Under the pieces are notes generated by a model, which was given only the letters and a program-made list of their open reading frames with translations, did not search any database and was not told where the DNA came from. A stretch of 64,000 nt of DNA from an uncultured Tenacibaculum sp. GTDB lineage: Bacteria; Bacteroidota; Bacteroidia; Flavobacteriales; Flavobacteriaceae. Where the stretch lies: positions 22,797 to 86,796 of the forward strand of contig CANNGJ010000006.1 of the NCBI GenBank assembly GCA_947504185.1. Direction: 5' to 3'. The translations under genes were made by a program, and so were the position numbers. Shown here in pieces: positions 20,716-29,482 of the stretch (position 1 is its first letter; each line of letters opens with the position of its first letter).

Positions 20716-21246
20716 TTAAATTGATTTTTCGAAAGTCATTACTGCTTCTTTTAACTCTGAGTTTAAAGCATCATCTACTATATTTCCATCTTTAAAGTTA
20801 TCATAAAATTTCGGTAATGAAAAATCAGCAACTATATTTCCTCCCATATGTGGAAATCCATTTTTAGCAATACCTAAAGCTGATGCGCCTCCTCTTCCTC
20901 CTGGTGAAGTAGATAATAATAACATTGGCGTATTACTCCATAATTTTTGCTCAATACGAGACATCCAATCAAAAACATTTTTAAACGCTACTGAAAAATT
21001 ACCATTATGTTCTGCTAACGATAAAACAATTCCATCTGCTGTTTTAATTTCTTCAAAAAATCTTTTTGCGTTTTCTGGAATTCCATTTTCAGTTTCTTCA
21101 TCAATACCATAAACTGGCAATGGAAAATCGTTTAAATCTAATATTGACACTTCAACATTCGTTACTAAATTTGCTGTATGTGTTGCTAATACTTTATTTA
21201 TCGAGTTCTTACTATTACTTCCTGCGAAAGCTATTATTTTTTTCAT
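20716..21246 (-). CDS. NAD(P)H-dependent FMN reductase
   Basis: MKKIIAFAGSNSKNSINK flavodoxin-like start; SLAEHNGNFSVAFKNVFDW. Confidence 0.85.
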   Translation of the reverse strand: MKKIIAFAGSNSKNSINKVLATHTANLVTNVEVSILDLNDFPLPVYGIDEETENGIPENAKRFFEEIKTADGIVLSLAEHNGNFSVAFKNVFDWMSRIEQKLWSNTPMLLLSTSPGGRGGASALGIAKNGFPHMGGNIVADFSLPKFYDNFKDGNIVDDALNSELKEAVMTFEKSI

Positions 21247-21267
21247 TTTATTGTCTAATTATTTATT

Positions 21268-22410
21268 TTATAAATCTGCTAAATACTTAATATCTAGTAT
21301 TCGTTTAAATCTTTTTTGGTAATATGATTGAGGTAAAAACTTTAACATTATATGTAAGAACCTCGTTTGATACTTATTATTTGTAAGCGACATTTTTCCT
21401 ATTTTTAAAGAAGATCTTACTATATACTTAACTTTACCGATTCTCTTTTTTTGATATGCTGCAAAAACTTTTTTCTTAGGATACTTTTTTAAACACATCC
21501 CTAATGTATATGCACTTTCTACTGCTTGGCAAGCCCCTTGTCCTAAATTTGGCGTGGTGGCATGAATTGAATCACCAATAAAGACGGTATTATTGTTAAA
21601 CCATTTTTCTTTATTTGGCTTTAAATCAGATAATTCATTTTGAATTATTTTTTCCTCACTAGTTTTCCTTATCATGTTTAATACAATTTCATCGTACTCT
21701 TTAAAAGTATTTAACAAATAACTTTTTAAAGATTTTGATGGAAATTTTGTATAATTTTTCTCTTCCTGAACTGCTAACCAAAATATTTTATCGGAACTTA
21801 ATGGAAGGAATAAAAAGCGTGAGTCTCCTCCAAATAATTCATAATATGAATGTGCTAAAGTTGCATCAACTTTATAATCTATTATTCCTCTCCAAATAAT
21901 TTGTTGTGCTCTTCTTATTTTAATTTTTGGGAAAATCCATTTTCTAATGACAGAATTAATTCCATCAGAAGCAATTAAAGTTTCAAACTCTTCTTGTGTT
22001 TTATCTTGAAACTCAATTTTAACACGTTCTAAATTTTCTACGTTCTTTACTTCTTTATTTAATTCGTAATCATCTTTTTTTAATTGGCTTGATAATACAT
22101 CTATTAATGAAGCTCTATGAATACAATAAACTTCTTCAGGAAAAGGAATTTCTTTAAGAGTTTTAAGGGTATTTGTGGCTAATATTGTTCTTTTTATTAA
22201 ATACCCTTTTTCTCTTATTTTATTTCCTATGTTTAGTTTATCAAATATTTTTAAAGCATTCGATGAAATTCCAATTCCTGCGCCTACTTCTTTAAATTCA
22301 GTTGATTTTTCAAAAAGTTTAAATGGCACATCATTCCTTTTCAAGGTCAACGCCATTGTTAAACCTCCAATTCCTCCTCCTATTATAGCAATCTTTTTTT
22401 CACTTTTCAT
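21268..22410 (-). CDS. FAD-dependent aromatic-ring monooxygenase (salicylate-hydroxylase-like)
   Basis: IAIIGGGIGGLT dinucleotide motif, ASDGINS, and GDSIHATTPNLGQGACQAVESA. Confidence 0.85.
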   Translation of the reverse strand: MKSEKKIAIIGGGIGGLTMALTLKRNDVPFKLFEKSTEFKEVGAGIGISSNALKIFDKLNIGNKIREKGYLIKRTILATNTLKTLKEIPFPEEVYCIHRASLIDVLSSQLKKDDYELNKEVKNVENLERVKIEFQDKTQEEFETLIASDGINSVIRKWIFPKIKIRRAQQIIWRGIIDYKVDATLAHSYYELFGGDSRFLFLPLSSDKIFWLAVQEEKNYTKFPSKSLKSYLLNTFKEYDEIVLNMIRKTSEEKIIQNELSDLKPNKEKWFNNNTVFIGDSIHATTPNLGQGACQAVESAYTLGMCLKKYPKKKVFAAYQKKRIGKVKYIVRSSLKIGKMSLTNNKYQTRFLHIMLKFLPQSYYQKRFKRILDIKYLADL

Positions 22411-22428
22411 CTTTCAAAACTATATTAA

Positions 22429-22836
22429 CTAATTAATATTCGTTTCAATTTCTGTTTCTCCTTTTACCATTTTGGCTACCGGACATTTTCCTGCAATCTC
22501 TAACAGTTTTGCTTTTTGTTCTTCGGATACCTCCTTTTCAAAAGATATTTCTTCTACTAACGATTTTTTAATTCCTTCAGAAGTTAATTCTTGTTTCTGA
22601 ATCACGTTAACAGTTATCTCACCAAGATCCCAACCTTTTCTTTCCGCATACATACGTAATGTAATAGATACACAACCACCAATCGCAGTTAATAAATACT
22701 CTACTGGAGTAGGTGCATTATCATCTCCTCCTTTATCTAAAGGTTCGTCTATTACCGCAAAATGATTTCTCATTTTAGCTTCTGCCAAATAATTTCGGTC
22801 GGTGAGTTTAACTTCTGAAGTTGGGTTCTTAGCCAT
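22429..22836 (-). CDS. OsmC-family peroxiredoxin-like protein
   Basis: PTPVEYLLTAIGGCVSITL and AGKCPVAKM place the two conserved Cys in the OsmC context. Confidence 0.85.
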   Translation of the reverse strand: MAKNPTSEVKLTDRNYLAEAKMRNHFAVIDEPLDKGGDDNAPTPVEYLLTAIGGCVSITLRMYAERKGWDLGEITVNVIQKQELTSEGIKKSLVEEISFEKEVSEEQKAKLLEIAGKCPVAKMVKGETEIETNIN

Positions 22837-23187
22837 TTATATTTTTTTACTATAAATATAAGAAACAATCGCCAATATTAAAGCTACTAATGCTGGGTAT
22901 TGCTCTCCATCTCCTATCATAAAATGCGCAAAAAAAGCTAGTATAAATGCAAAGACAAAACCTGCATACGCCCATTCTTTCAAAAAAGTATCTTTTAAAA
23001 ACCAAATAGCTATTAAACCTAATATTTTAGCTAAACCATATGGGTAAATTATATAGGTCGGATACCCAAACCCCTCAAACATTTTTGCAACTTCTGAATT
23101 ATTAAAAAAATACATTCCAGCTGAAAATAGCATAAATAAAGTAAGCAAACCTGTTGCTACATAATAAATAATTTTGTCTCGTTTCAT
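22837..23187 (-). CDS. DoxX-like membrane protein
   Basis: 116 aa with four TM helices. Its stop abuts the OsmC start with no gap. Confidence 0.6.
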   Translation of the reverse strand: MKRDKIIYYVATGLLTLFMLFSAGMYFFNNSEVAKMFEGFGYPTYIIYPYGLAKILGLIAIWFLKDTFLKEWAYAGFVFAFILAFFAHFMIGDGEQYPALVALILAIVSYIYSKKI

Positions 23188-23212
23188 TCTTAATTAGTTT
23201 TTAAATTCGGAT

Positions 23213-23245
23213 CAAAGATATAAAAAATATTTTTACATACCATGG
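23213..23245 (-). promoter_or_regulatory. candidate promoter plus operator of the DoxX-OsmC operon (divergent from the MarR-GNAT gene)
   Basis: Plus-strand sequence is CAAAGATA-TA-AAAAATATTTTT-ACATA-CCATGG. Block order and spacing are identical to 19896-19928. The TATCTTTG box ends about 25 nt before the ATG at 23187. Confidence 0.45.
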
Positions 23246-23351
23246 AATATATTTTCTAGGTATATAAATTTATCATTTTTCTATTTTTAAAGATATAGAA
23301 AATATTATATATTTGCATAAGCGCTTATATAAATACATATATAGATATTAA

Positions 23352-24311
23352 ATGGATGCATTAAAAGGTTTTGGAGAAATAGGAATGGGCTCTCGATTAA
23401 AGAGAGTTAGTGAATATATGATGAGAGAAACTCAACTAGTATATAATGAATTTAACATTGATTTTGACCCATACCTCTTCCCTACTTTTAAGATCATTAA
23501 AAATAAAAATGGGGTTACCAATACCGAAATTACAAATAGCTTACATATTTCTCAACCTGCAACTACACAAGCTATCAACAAACTTTTAAAGAAAGAACTG
23601 ATTCTTTTTAAGGAAGATGAAATTGACAAACGTAAAAAAATAATATTCCTTTCAGAAAAAGGTAAAAAGCTTATACAAAATGTAACCCCTATTTGGGATA
23701 GTATAGAACAAATTATAAAAGACTACACCAACATCACATCAAATTCTTTAGTTGAACACTTAAACATTTTAGAAGAAAAATTTAATACCAAAGCTTTTAG
23801 CAAAGCTATCATAGAACATATACAAATGAATAATATAAAAAAACACAGTTTAGAAGTTATCGATTTTAAAAATGAGTATGCTTCTCATTTTTATGATTTA
23901 AATATAGAATGGTTAAAAACCTTTTTTTATGTTGAACCTTACGATGAAGAAGTTTTAAGTAATCCCGACAAATACATTGTAGATAAAGGTGGACATATTT
24001 TTTTTGCAAAGCTAAATAACGAAATTGTGGGTACAGTAGCATTGATGCCTATGAAAGAAAAGAATGTTTACGAACTAACTAAAATGGCCGTTTCCCCTAA
24101 ACATAGAGGTTATAAAATTGGACAGCAATTAATGCAAAAATGTATTGACTTTGCAAAAAATAATCGTTTTGACAAGCTTGTTTTGTATTCGAGTACAAAG
24201 CTTGAAAATGCTATTTACATTTATAGAAAATACGGTTTTATAGAAATTCCAGTTGAAGAAAATTGTCCTTATGTTAGAAGTGATATTAAAATGGAGTTAT
24301 CTACCAATTAA
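23352..24311 (+). CDS. bifunctional MarR-type HTH regulator / GNAT N-acetyltransferase
   Basis: N-terminal wHTH (TNSLHISQPATTQAINKLLKKELI...DKRKKIIFLSEKG). C-terminal GNAT (VGTVALMP...VSPKHRGYKIGQQLM...YRKYGF). Confidence 0.8.
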   Translation: MDALKGFGEIGMGSRLKRVSEYMMRETQLVYNEFNIDFDPYLFPTFKIIKNKNGVTNTEITNSLHISQPATTQAINKLLKKELILFKEDEIDKRKKIIFLSEKGKKLIQNVTPIWDSIEQIIKDYTNITSNSLVEHLNILEEKFNTKAFSKAIIEHIQMNNIKKHSLEVIDFKNEYASHFYDLNIEWLKTFFYVEPYDEEVLSNPDKYIVDKGGHIFFAKLNNEIVGTVALMPMKEKNVYELTKMAVSPKHRGYKIGQQLMQKCIDFAKNNRFDKLVLYSSTKLENAIYIYRKYGFIEIPVEENCPYVRSDIKMELSTN

Positions 24312-24322
24312 TTCATAGAAAA

Positions 24323-24345
24323 AACTCCAGCTTTGTGCTGGAGTT
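24323..24345. terminator. 9-bp hairpin, functional mainly for the minus strand
   Basis: AACTCCAGC-TTTGT-GCTGGAGTT. The A-run on its left becomes a U-tract for minus-strand transcripts (aceA 3' end). No T-run follows on the plus strand. Confidence 0.5.
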
Positions 24346-24485
24346 CACTTCAAAATATAAAATTTATAAACTGCTAATTATAAATTCTATGCTACTTTAA
24401 TTCTTATGTAAAGTTTCTCGTTATGCAAACAAACAACTTTTACAAACTAACATAAACGAGAAACTTACATACAAATAATTAAGTT

Positions 24486-26114
24486 TTATACTTCTGCTAC
24501 TTCTAGTTCCATTTTTTCTAATTTTTTAGAAGTCTCAAACTGATTCGAGGTATTCTTTTCTCCTCCAGCTTTTAATGCTTTATCACCCGCAAAGAATGTT
24601 TTATGATCATCTCCTAAATCAGATCCTGCCATTCTTTGATGCTTTACACACGATACTCCTTTTCGTATTTCTTGACGTTGAACACCTTTTACGTATGATA
24701 ACATTCCTTCTTCTCCAAAATAACCTTCAGTTAAATCATTTATATGCAATGCCGTTGTATGATAAGTAGGTAATGTAATTAAATGATGGAAAATTCCTGC
24801 TTCTCTTGCTCCATCCATTTGAAATGTGCGAATTTTTTCATCAGCAAGATGGCATAATTCTGATCCGTCATATTCAGCGTCCATTAAATTATTTCTATCA
24901 TAAGCTGTCATATTCTCACCAGCTTCTAACATTTCATCGTAAGCTTGATTACGGAAATTCAATGTCCAATTAAACGATGGTGAATTGTTATATACCAATT
25001 TAGCATTTGGTATTACAGTTCTAACTCTGTTCACCATGTGTGCTATTTGCTTCACATTTGGAGTTGGAGTTTCTATCCATAATAAATCTGCACCGTTTTT
25101 AAGACTTACAACACAATCTAAAACTACTCTATCAATATTTGATCCTTCTTTAAATTTATATAATCCATTTGGCAAACGTACTGGACGAACTAACTTTCCA
25201 TCTCTTTTTAACAATACATCATCCTCCTTAGCTTCTTCAATAGCTATTTCTTCTGCTTCTACAAAGGCTAAATATTGTGATGCTAAATCTCCTGGTTCTT
25301 GACTCACAGGTAGTTTTTGTGTTAATCCAGCTCCTTCTGAATCTGTTCTTGCTACTATAATTCCATCTTCAACACCTAACTCTAAAAAAGCATAACGAAT
25401 TGCATTTAATTTTGCTATAAAATCCTCATGTGGTACCGTTACTTTTCCGTCTTGATGTCCACATTGTTTTGCATCAGAAACTTGATTCTCTATCTGAATT
25501 GCACAAGCTCCAGCTTGAATCATTTTTTTTGCTAATAAGTAAGTAGCTTCTTCATTACCAAATCCAGCATCAATATCTGCAATAATAGGTACAATATGTG
25601 ATTCGAAATTATCTATTTGATCTTGCACATCTTCTCCATTCTCTAATCTCTTAAATAAATCATTTAATTCAACCGCATCAGCTTGACGTAAGAAATCATA
25701 AATCTCTTCAATAAGAGATGATACGGCAGTTTTTTCGTGCATTGATTGATCTGGTAATGGTCCAAATTCTGAACGTAACGCAGCTACCATCCAACCAGAT
25801 AAGTATAAATATCTTTTACTGGTTGTTTTGTGGTGTTTTTTTACTGAGATCATTTTTTGCTGTGCTACAAACCCATGCCAGCAACCTAACGACTGCGTGT
25901 ATTTAGAGCTATCTGCATCATACTCAGCCATGTCTTCTCTCATAATGGCAGCCGTATATTTAGCAATATCTAATCCTGTTTTAAAACGGTTTTGTGTTAC
26001 CATTCTTGCCGCATTTTGTGGATTCACACCACCCCATGCAGCTCCATACTTTTTCTTTAAAGTTTTTACAGTTTCTAAAGCTGAACTATAACTTCCTTGA
26101 GCTAAATTTTTCAT
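24486..26114 (-). CDS. aceA: isocitrate lyase (long, about 540-aa form)
   Basis: Catalytic KQCGHQDGK (KxCGH) motif, IADIDAGFG, and WIETPTP. Confidence 0.95.
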   Translation of the reverse strand: MKNLAQGSYSSALETVKTLKKKYGAAWGGVNPQNAARMVTQNRFKTGLDIAKYTAAIMREDMAEYDADSSKYTQSLGCWHGFVAQQKMISVKKHHKTTSKRYLYLSGWMVAALRSEFGPLPDQSMHEKTAVSSLIEEIYDFLRQADAVELNDLFKRLENGEDVQDQIDNFESHIVPIIADIDAGFGNEEATYLLAKKMIQAGACAIQIENQVSDAKQCGHQDGKVTVPHEDFIAKLNAIRYAFLELGVEDGIIVARTDSEGAGLTQKLPVSQEPGDLASQYLAFVEAEEIAIEEAKEDDVLLKRDGKLVRPVRLPNGLYKFKEGSNIDRVVLDCVVSLKNGADLLWIETPTPNVKQIAHMVNRVRTVIPNAKLVYNNSPSFNWTLNFRNQAYDEMLEAGENMTAYDRNNLMDAEYDGSELCHLADEKIRTFQMDGAREAGIFHHLITLPTYHTTALHINDLTEGYFGEEGMLSYVKGVQRQEIRKGVSCVKHQRMAGSDLGDDHKTFFAGDKALKAGGEKNTSNQFETSKKLEKMELEVAEV

Positions 26115-26194
26115 AAATTTGTATTGTTAAATAAGTTGTTGATTTATTAATAGCTTACCCCTTAAAATGTTGCCGCATTTTTGGGGGCTTTTTT

Positions 26195-27790
26195 TTATAT
26201 GTATTTATATGCTGGTAAGGTTAAGAATTCTATAAACTCTTTATTTAAAATTAAATCATCAAAAAGTTGAATTGCCTTTTCAAACTTTCCTGTTTGATAT
26301 CTTTCATCTCCTACATATTCTTTAATCTTGTTTATTTCTTCTTTCTTGTATTGCTCATACATCTCTTTTGTAAAAGTTTTACCATCTTCTAATAAAACTT
26401 CTTTATGTAACCATTGCCATAATTGCGATCTAGAGATTTCTGCAGTAGCAGCATCTTCCATTAAATTATATAAAGCAGCGGCTCCCTGTCCCATTAACCA
26501 TGATTCTATGTATAAAATTCCAACATTGATGTTATCTCTTATTCCTTGCTCAGTAATGGTACCATCTGGTAACTCCACTAATTCTTGCTCACTAATTACT
26601 AAATCCTCTAGTTTTTTATCTATCTGATTTACATTAGGCATCGCTTCATTAAATACATCTATTGCTACTTTTACCAATCCTGGATGCGCTACCCAAGTAC
26701 CATCATGACCGTTTTTAGCTTCTTGCAACTTATCATTATATACTTTTTTAAAAGCTAATTTATTTGCTTCATCATTATTTTTTACAGGAATTTGCGCTGC
26801 CATTCCCCCCATAGCATGTACATTTCTTTTATGACATGATTGTATTACACGTAACGAATAGGCTTTCATAAAAGGACTACTCATGGTAACTTGAGCTCTG
26901 TTAGGTACAATAAAACCTGTATGATTTCTAAACTTTTTAATGTAAGAGAAGATATAATCCCAACGACCACAGTTTAATCCTGCCATATGATTTCTTAACT
27001 CATAAAGAATTTCATCTAATTGAAAACTAGCCGTAATTGTCTCAACTAACACAGTAGCCTTTATTGTTTTTTGTGGAATATTTAAATAGTCTTGTGCAAA
27101 TACAAAAACATCATTCCACCAACGAGCTTCTTTATAATGTTCTAGCTTTGGTAAGTAAAAATAAGTTCCGCTTCCTTGCGCTAATAAAGTTTTGATGTTA
27201 TGAAAAAAGAACAATCCAAAATCTACTAAAGAACCAGACATTTCTTTTCCTTCAATTACAAAATGCTTTTCATTTAAATGTAAACCTCTAGGTCTTACTA
27301 ATAAGGTAGCTACCTTTTCATTTAATTGATAGGTTTTATCTTTCTTCTCATTATAAAAAGATATTGTTTTACTTACTGCATCTCTTAAATTTACTTGTCC
27401 GTCTAAAACATTTGCTAAAGTTGGCGAATTACTATCTTCAAAATCTGCCATAAATGTTTTGGCCCCAGAATTTAAAGCGTTGATAATCATTTTTCTTTCT
27501 ACTGGACCTGTGATTTCTACTCTACGATCTAACAAATCTTTTGGTAATGCTGCACACACCCAGTCTCCTTCTCTAATTTCTTTTGTTTCTTCAGGAAAAT
27601 TTGGATAATTCCCTGCATCAAAGTAAGCTTGCTCAACCTCCCTTTCTTCTAATAATTGAAGTCTTTTTGCATCAAATTTTTCATGAAGCTGAATTAAAAA
27701 CATTTTAGCTTCTTCAGTTAAAACACTTTTATATTGATCAACATCAAAACCTTTGAATTGAATTTCTTTAACTAAAACATCTTGATTCAT
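26195..27790 (-). CDS. aceB: malate synthase A
   Basis: 531 aa. RRVEITGP, FMADFEDS, LLVRPRGLHL, NCGRWDYIFS and MGGMAAQIP are hallmark segments. Confidence 0.95.
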   Translation of the reverse strand: MNQDVLVKEIQFKGFDVDQYKSVLTEEAKMFLIQLHEKFDAKRLQLLEEREVEQAYFDAGNYPNFPEETKEIREGDWVCAALPKDLLDRRVEITGPVERKMIINALNSGAKTFMADFEDSNSPTLANVLDGQVNLRDAVSKTISFYNEKKDKTYQLNEKVATLLVRPRGLHLNEKHFVIEGKEMSGSLVDFGLFFFHNIKTLLAQGSGTYFYLPKLEHYKEARWWNDVFVFAQDYLNIPQKTIKATVLVETITASFQLDEILYELRNHMAGLNCGRWDYIFSYIKKFRNHTGFIVPNRAQVTMSSPFMKAYSLRVIQSCHKRNVHAMGGMAAQIPVKNNDEANKLAFKKVYNDKLQEAKNGHDGTWVAHPGLVKVAIDVFNEAMPNVNQIDKKLEDLVISEQELVELPDGTITEQGIRDNINVGILYIESWLMGQGAAALYNLMEDAATAEISRSQLWQWLHKEVLLEDGKTFTKEMYEQYKKEEINKIKEYVGDERYQTGKFEKAIQLFDDLILNKEFIEFLTLPAYKYI

Positions 27791-27850
27791 AATAACTTAT
27801 TTTTAATTATTGACAATTCAAAACTAAAAAAAAGAATTCGAAACAAAAAA

Positions 27851-27905
27851 CGAACGTTCGCTAAATTTATATTGTTTGCTAATTTTTATTAATTCGCTAA
27901 TTTTA
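27851..27905. promoter_or_regulatory. aceB/regulator divergent control region: 10-bp palindrome plus three direct repeats with an 18-bp period
   Basis: CGAACGTTCG at 27851-27860. TTCGCTAA at 27857, TTTGCTAA at 27875 and TTCGCTAA at 27893, each followed by an (A/T)TTT run. Confidence 0.4.
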
Positions 27906-27941
27906 ATACCTTTGAATTACGAATCTTTTAATAAAAACACT

Positions 27942-29423
27942 TTGGAAGAAGAATACATTAGACTTGTTTTCGGATTAAAACTGAAACAAATACGAACCGA
28001 CAAAAACCTATCTCTCTTTGGGTTAGCTAAATTAACAGGCCTATCTAAATCGTATTTAAATGAAATAGAAAAGGGTAAAAAATATCCAAAAACCGATAAA
28101 ATTGTAACTTTATCTGAAAAGCTAGAAGTTCCATATGATCATTTAGTTTCTCTTAAGCTAGACAAAAACCTAGCTCCTATTGGCGAGATTTTACAATCTA
28201 AAATTTTAAAAGAAATTCCTTTAGAGCTTTTTGGAATTAAAGAAAACAACTTAATTGATATTGTAGCGAATGCTCCTGCCAAAGTAAATGCCTTTATAAG
28301 CACAATTATAAAGATATCTCAAAACTACAACCTAACTAGAGAGAGTTTTTTCTTGGCTTCTTTACGTTCTTACCAAGAAGCTCACAATAATTATTTTGAA
28401 GAGATTGAAAATAATGCCGTTGCTTTTGCCAAAGCCTATCACATTAATTTAGAAGCACCAATTAAATCAAAAGACCTAGAGGATATTTTGATTGAAGAAT
28501 ATGGATATACTATTAACAAAGAAGAACTTTCTAAACATCATCAAAAATTATCAGAATTAAGAAATATTTACATACCAAAAAATAAAACATTACTTATTTA
28601 CGATGATATTAATGAAGCACAAAGAACCTTTATTTACGCTAAGGAAATAGCCTACAACTATCTAAAAATTGAGAATCGTTTATATACTTTTCCATGGATT
28701 AAATTTGAAAGTTTTGATCAAGTCTTAAACAATTTTATTGCTTCTTACTTTGCTGGAGCCCTCATTATTCCAAAAGACAATCTTGTTCAAAAACTAACTC
28801 ATTTATTTTCTTTAGAAAACTGGCAACCTATACAGTTACATAAAATCATAAAGAGTTTTAATTGCTCTGATGAAACTTTTTACCAGCGTTTAACTAACAT
28901 ATTACCTAAGTTTTTCAACATCAAAAACTTATTCTTTTTACGTTTTACCCATAAAGAAAATGCTCCTGTATTTAAACTCACGAAAGAGTTACATATCACA
29001 CAGCAACAAACTCCGCACGCCAATAGAAATAACGAACATTATTGTAGACGATGGATTTCTTTAAAAACAATTCAGGACTTAGAAAAAAGAGAAGATAAAA
29101 AATCTACTTATGGTATCCAGATATCTTCATATGAAAATTCTAAAAATGAATATTTGGTATTTTCAGCAGCTACCTCAGATCCTTTTAAAGAAAAAAACAA
29201 TCGAAGTATTAGTATTGGTATGTTACTCTCTCCTCATTTAAAGAAGAAAATTAAGTTCTTTAAGGAGGATACTTTTGAGAAAAAAACCGTAGGAGTTACC
29301 TGCGAATCTTGTAGTGTACAAAACTGCAAAGAACGTGTCGCAGACCCTCGTATTTTAATCAAACAATTAAGAAATGCTGAAATTGAAAAAACAGTAGAAA
29401 ACATCATACAATCCTACAACTAA
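27942..29423 (+). CDS. XRE-family HTH regulator with ImmA/IrrE-like domain (RamB/ScfR-like)
   Basis: HTH segment FGLKLKQIRTDKNLSLFGLAKLTGLSKSYLNEIEKGKKYP. Long C-terminal domain ending in CESCSVQNCKERV. The start is uncertain: there is no in-frame ATG near the 5' end, so I use the in-frame TTG at 27942. The ORF-track TTG at 27876 lies inside the repeats. Confidence 0.75.
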   Translation: MEEEYIRLVFGLKLKQIRTDKNLSLFGLAKLTGLSKSYLNEIEKGKKYPKTDKIVTLSEKLEVPYDHLVSLKLDKNLAPIGEILQSKILKEIPLELFGIKENNLIDIVANAPAKVNAFISTIIKISQNYNLTRESFFLASLRSYQEAHNNYFEEIENNAVAFAKAYHINLEAPIKSKDLEDILIEEYGYTINKEELSKHHQKLSELRNIYIPKNKTLLIYDDINEAQRTFIYAKEIAYNYLKIENRLYTFPWIKFESFDQVLNNFIASYFAGALIIPKDNLVQKLTHLFSLENWQPIQLHKIIKSFNCSDETFYQRLTNILPKFFNIKNLFFLRFTHKENAPVFKLTKELHITQQQTPHANRNNEHYCRRWISLKTIQDLEKREDKKSTYGIQISSYENSKNEYLVFSAATSDPFKEKNNRSISIGMLLSPHLKKKIKFFKEDTFEKKTVGVTCESCSVQNCKERVADPRILIKQLRNAEIEKTVENIIQSYN

Positions 29424-29482
29424 ACACCTTGTATTATATACTCCCTTTTCTTACTTTAGCAATCGCAAACAAATAACTCACA

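Noticed and set aside
24575-26627. Plus-strand ORFs inside aceA and aceB (24575-24769, 24985-25302, 25718-25906, 25828-26091, 26328-26627)
   Set aside because: They are antisense to two unmistakable glyoxylate-shunt enzymes, so they are shadow ORFs.
27876-27941. TTG-initiated N-terminal extension of the RamB-like regulator (MLIFINSLILIPLNYESFNKNT)
   Set aside because: It overlaps the phased operator-like repeats and precedes the HTH by an implausible hydrophobic tail. A later in-frame TTG (27942) is preferred, though the true start remains uncertain.
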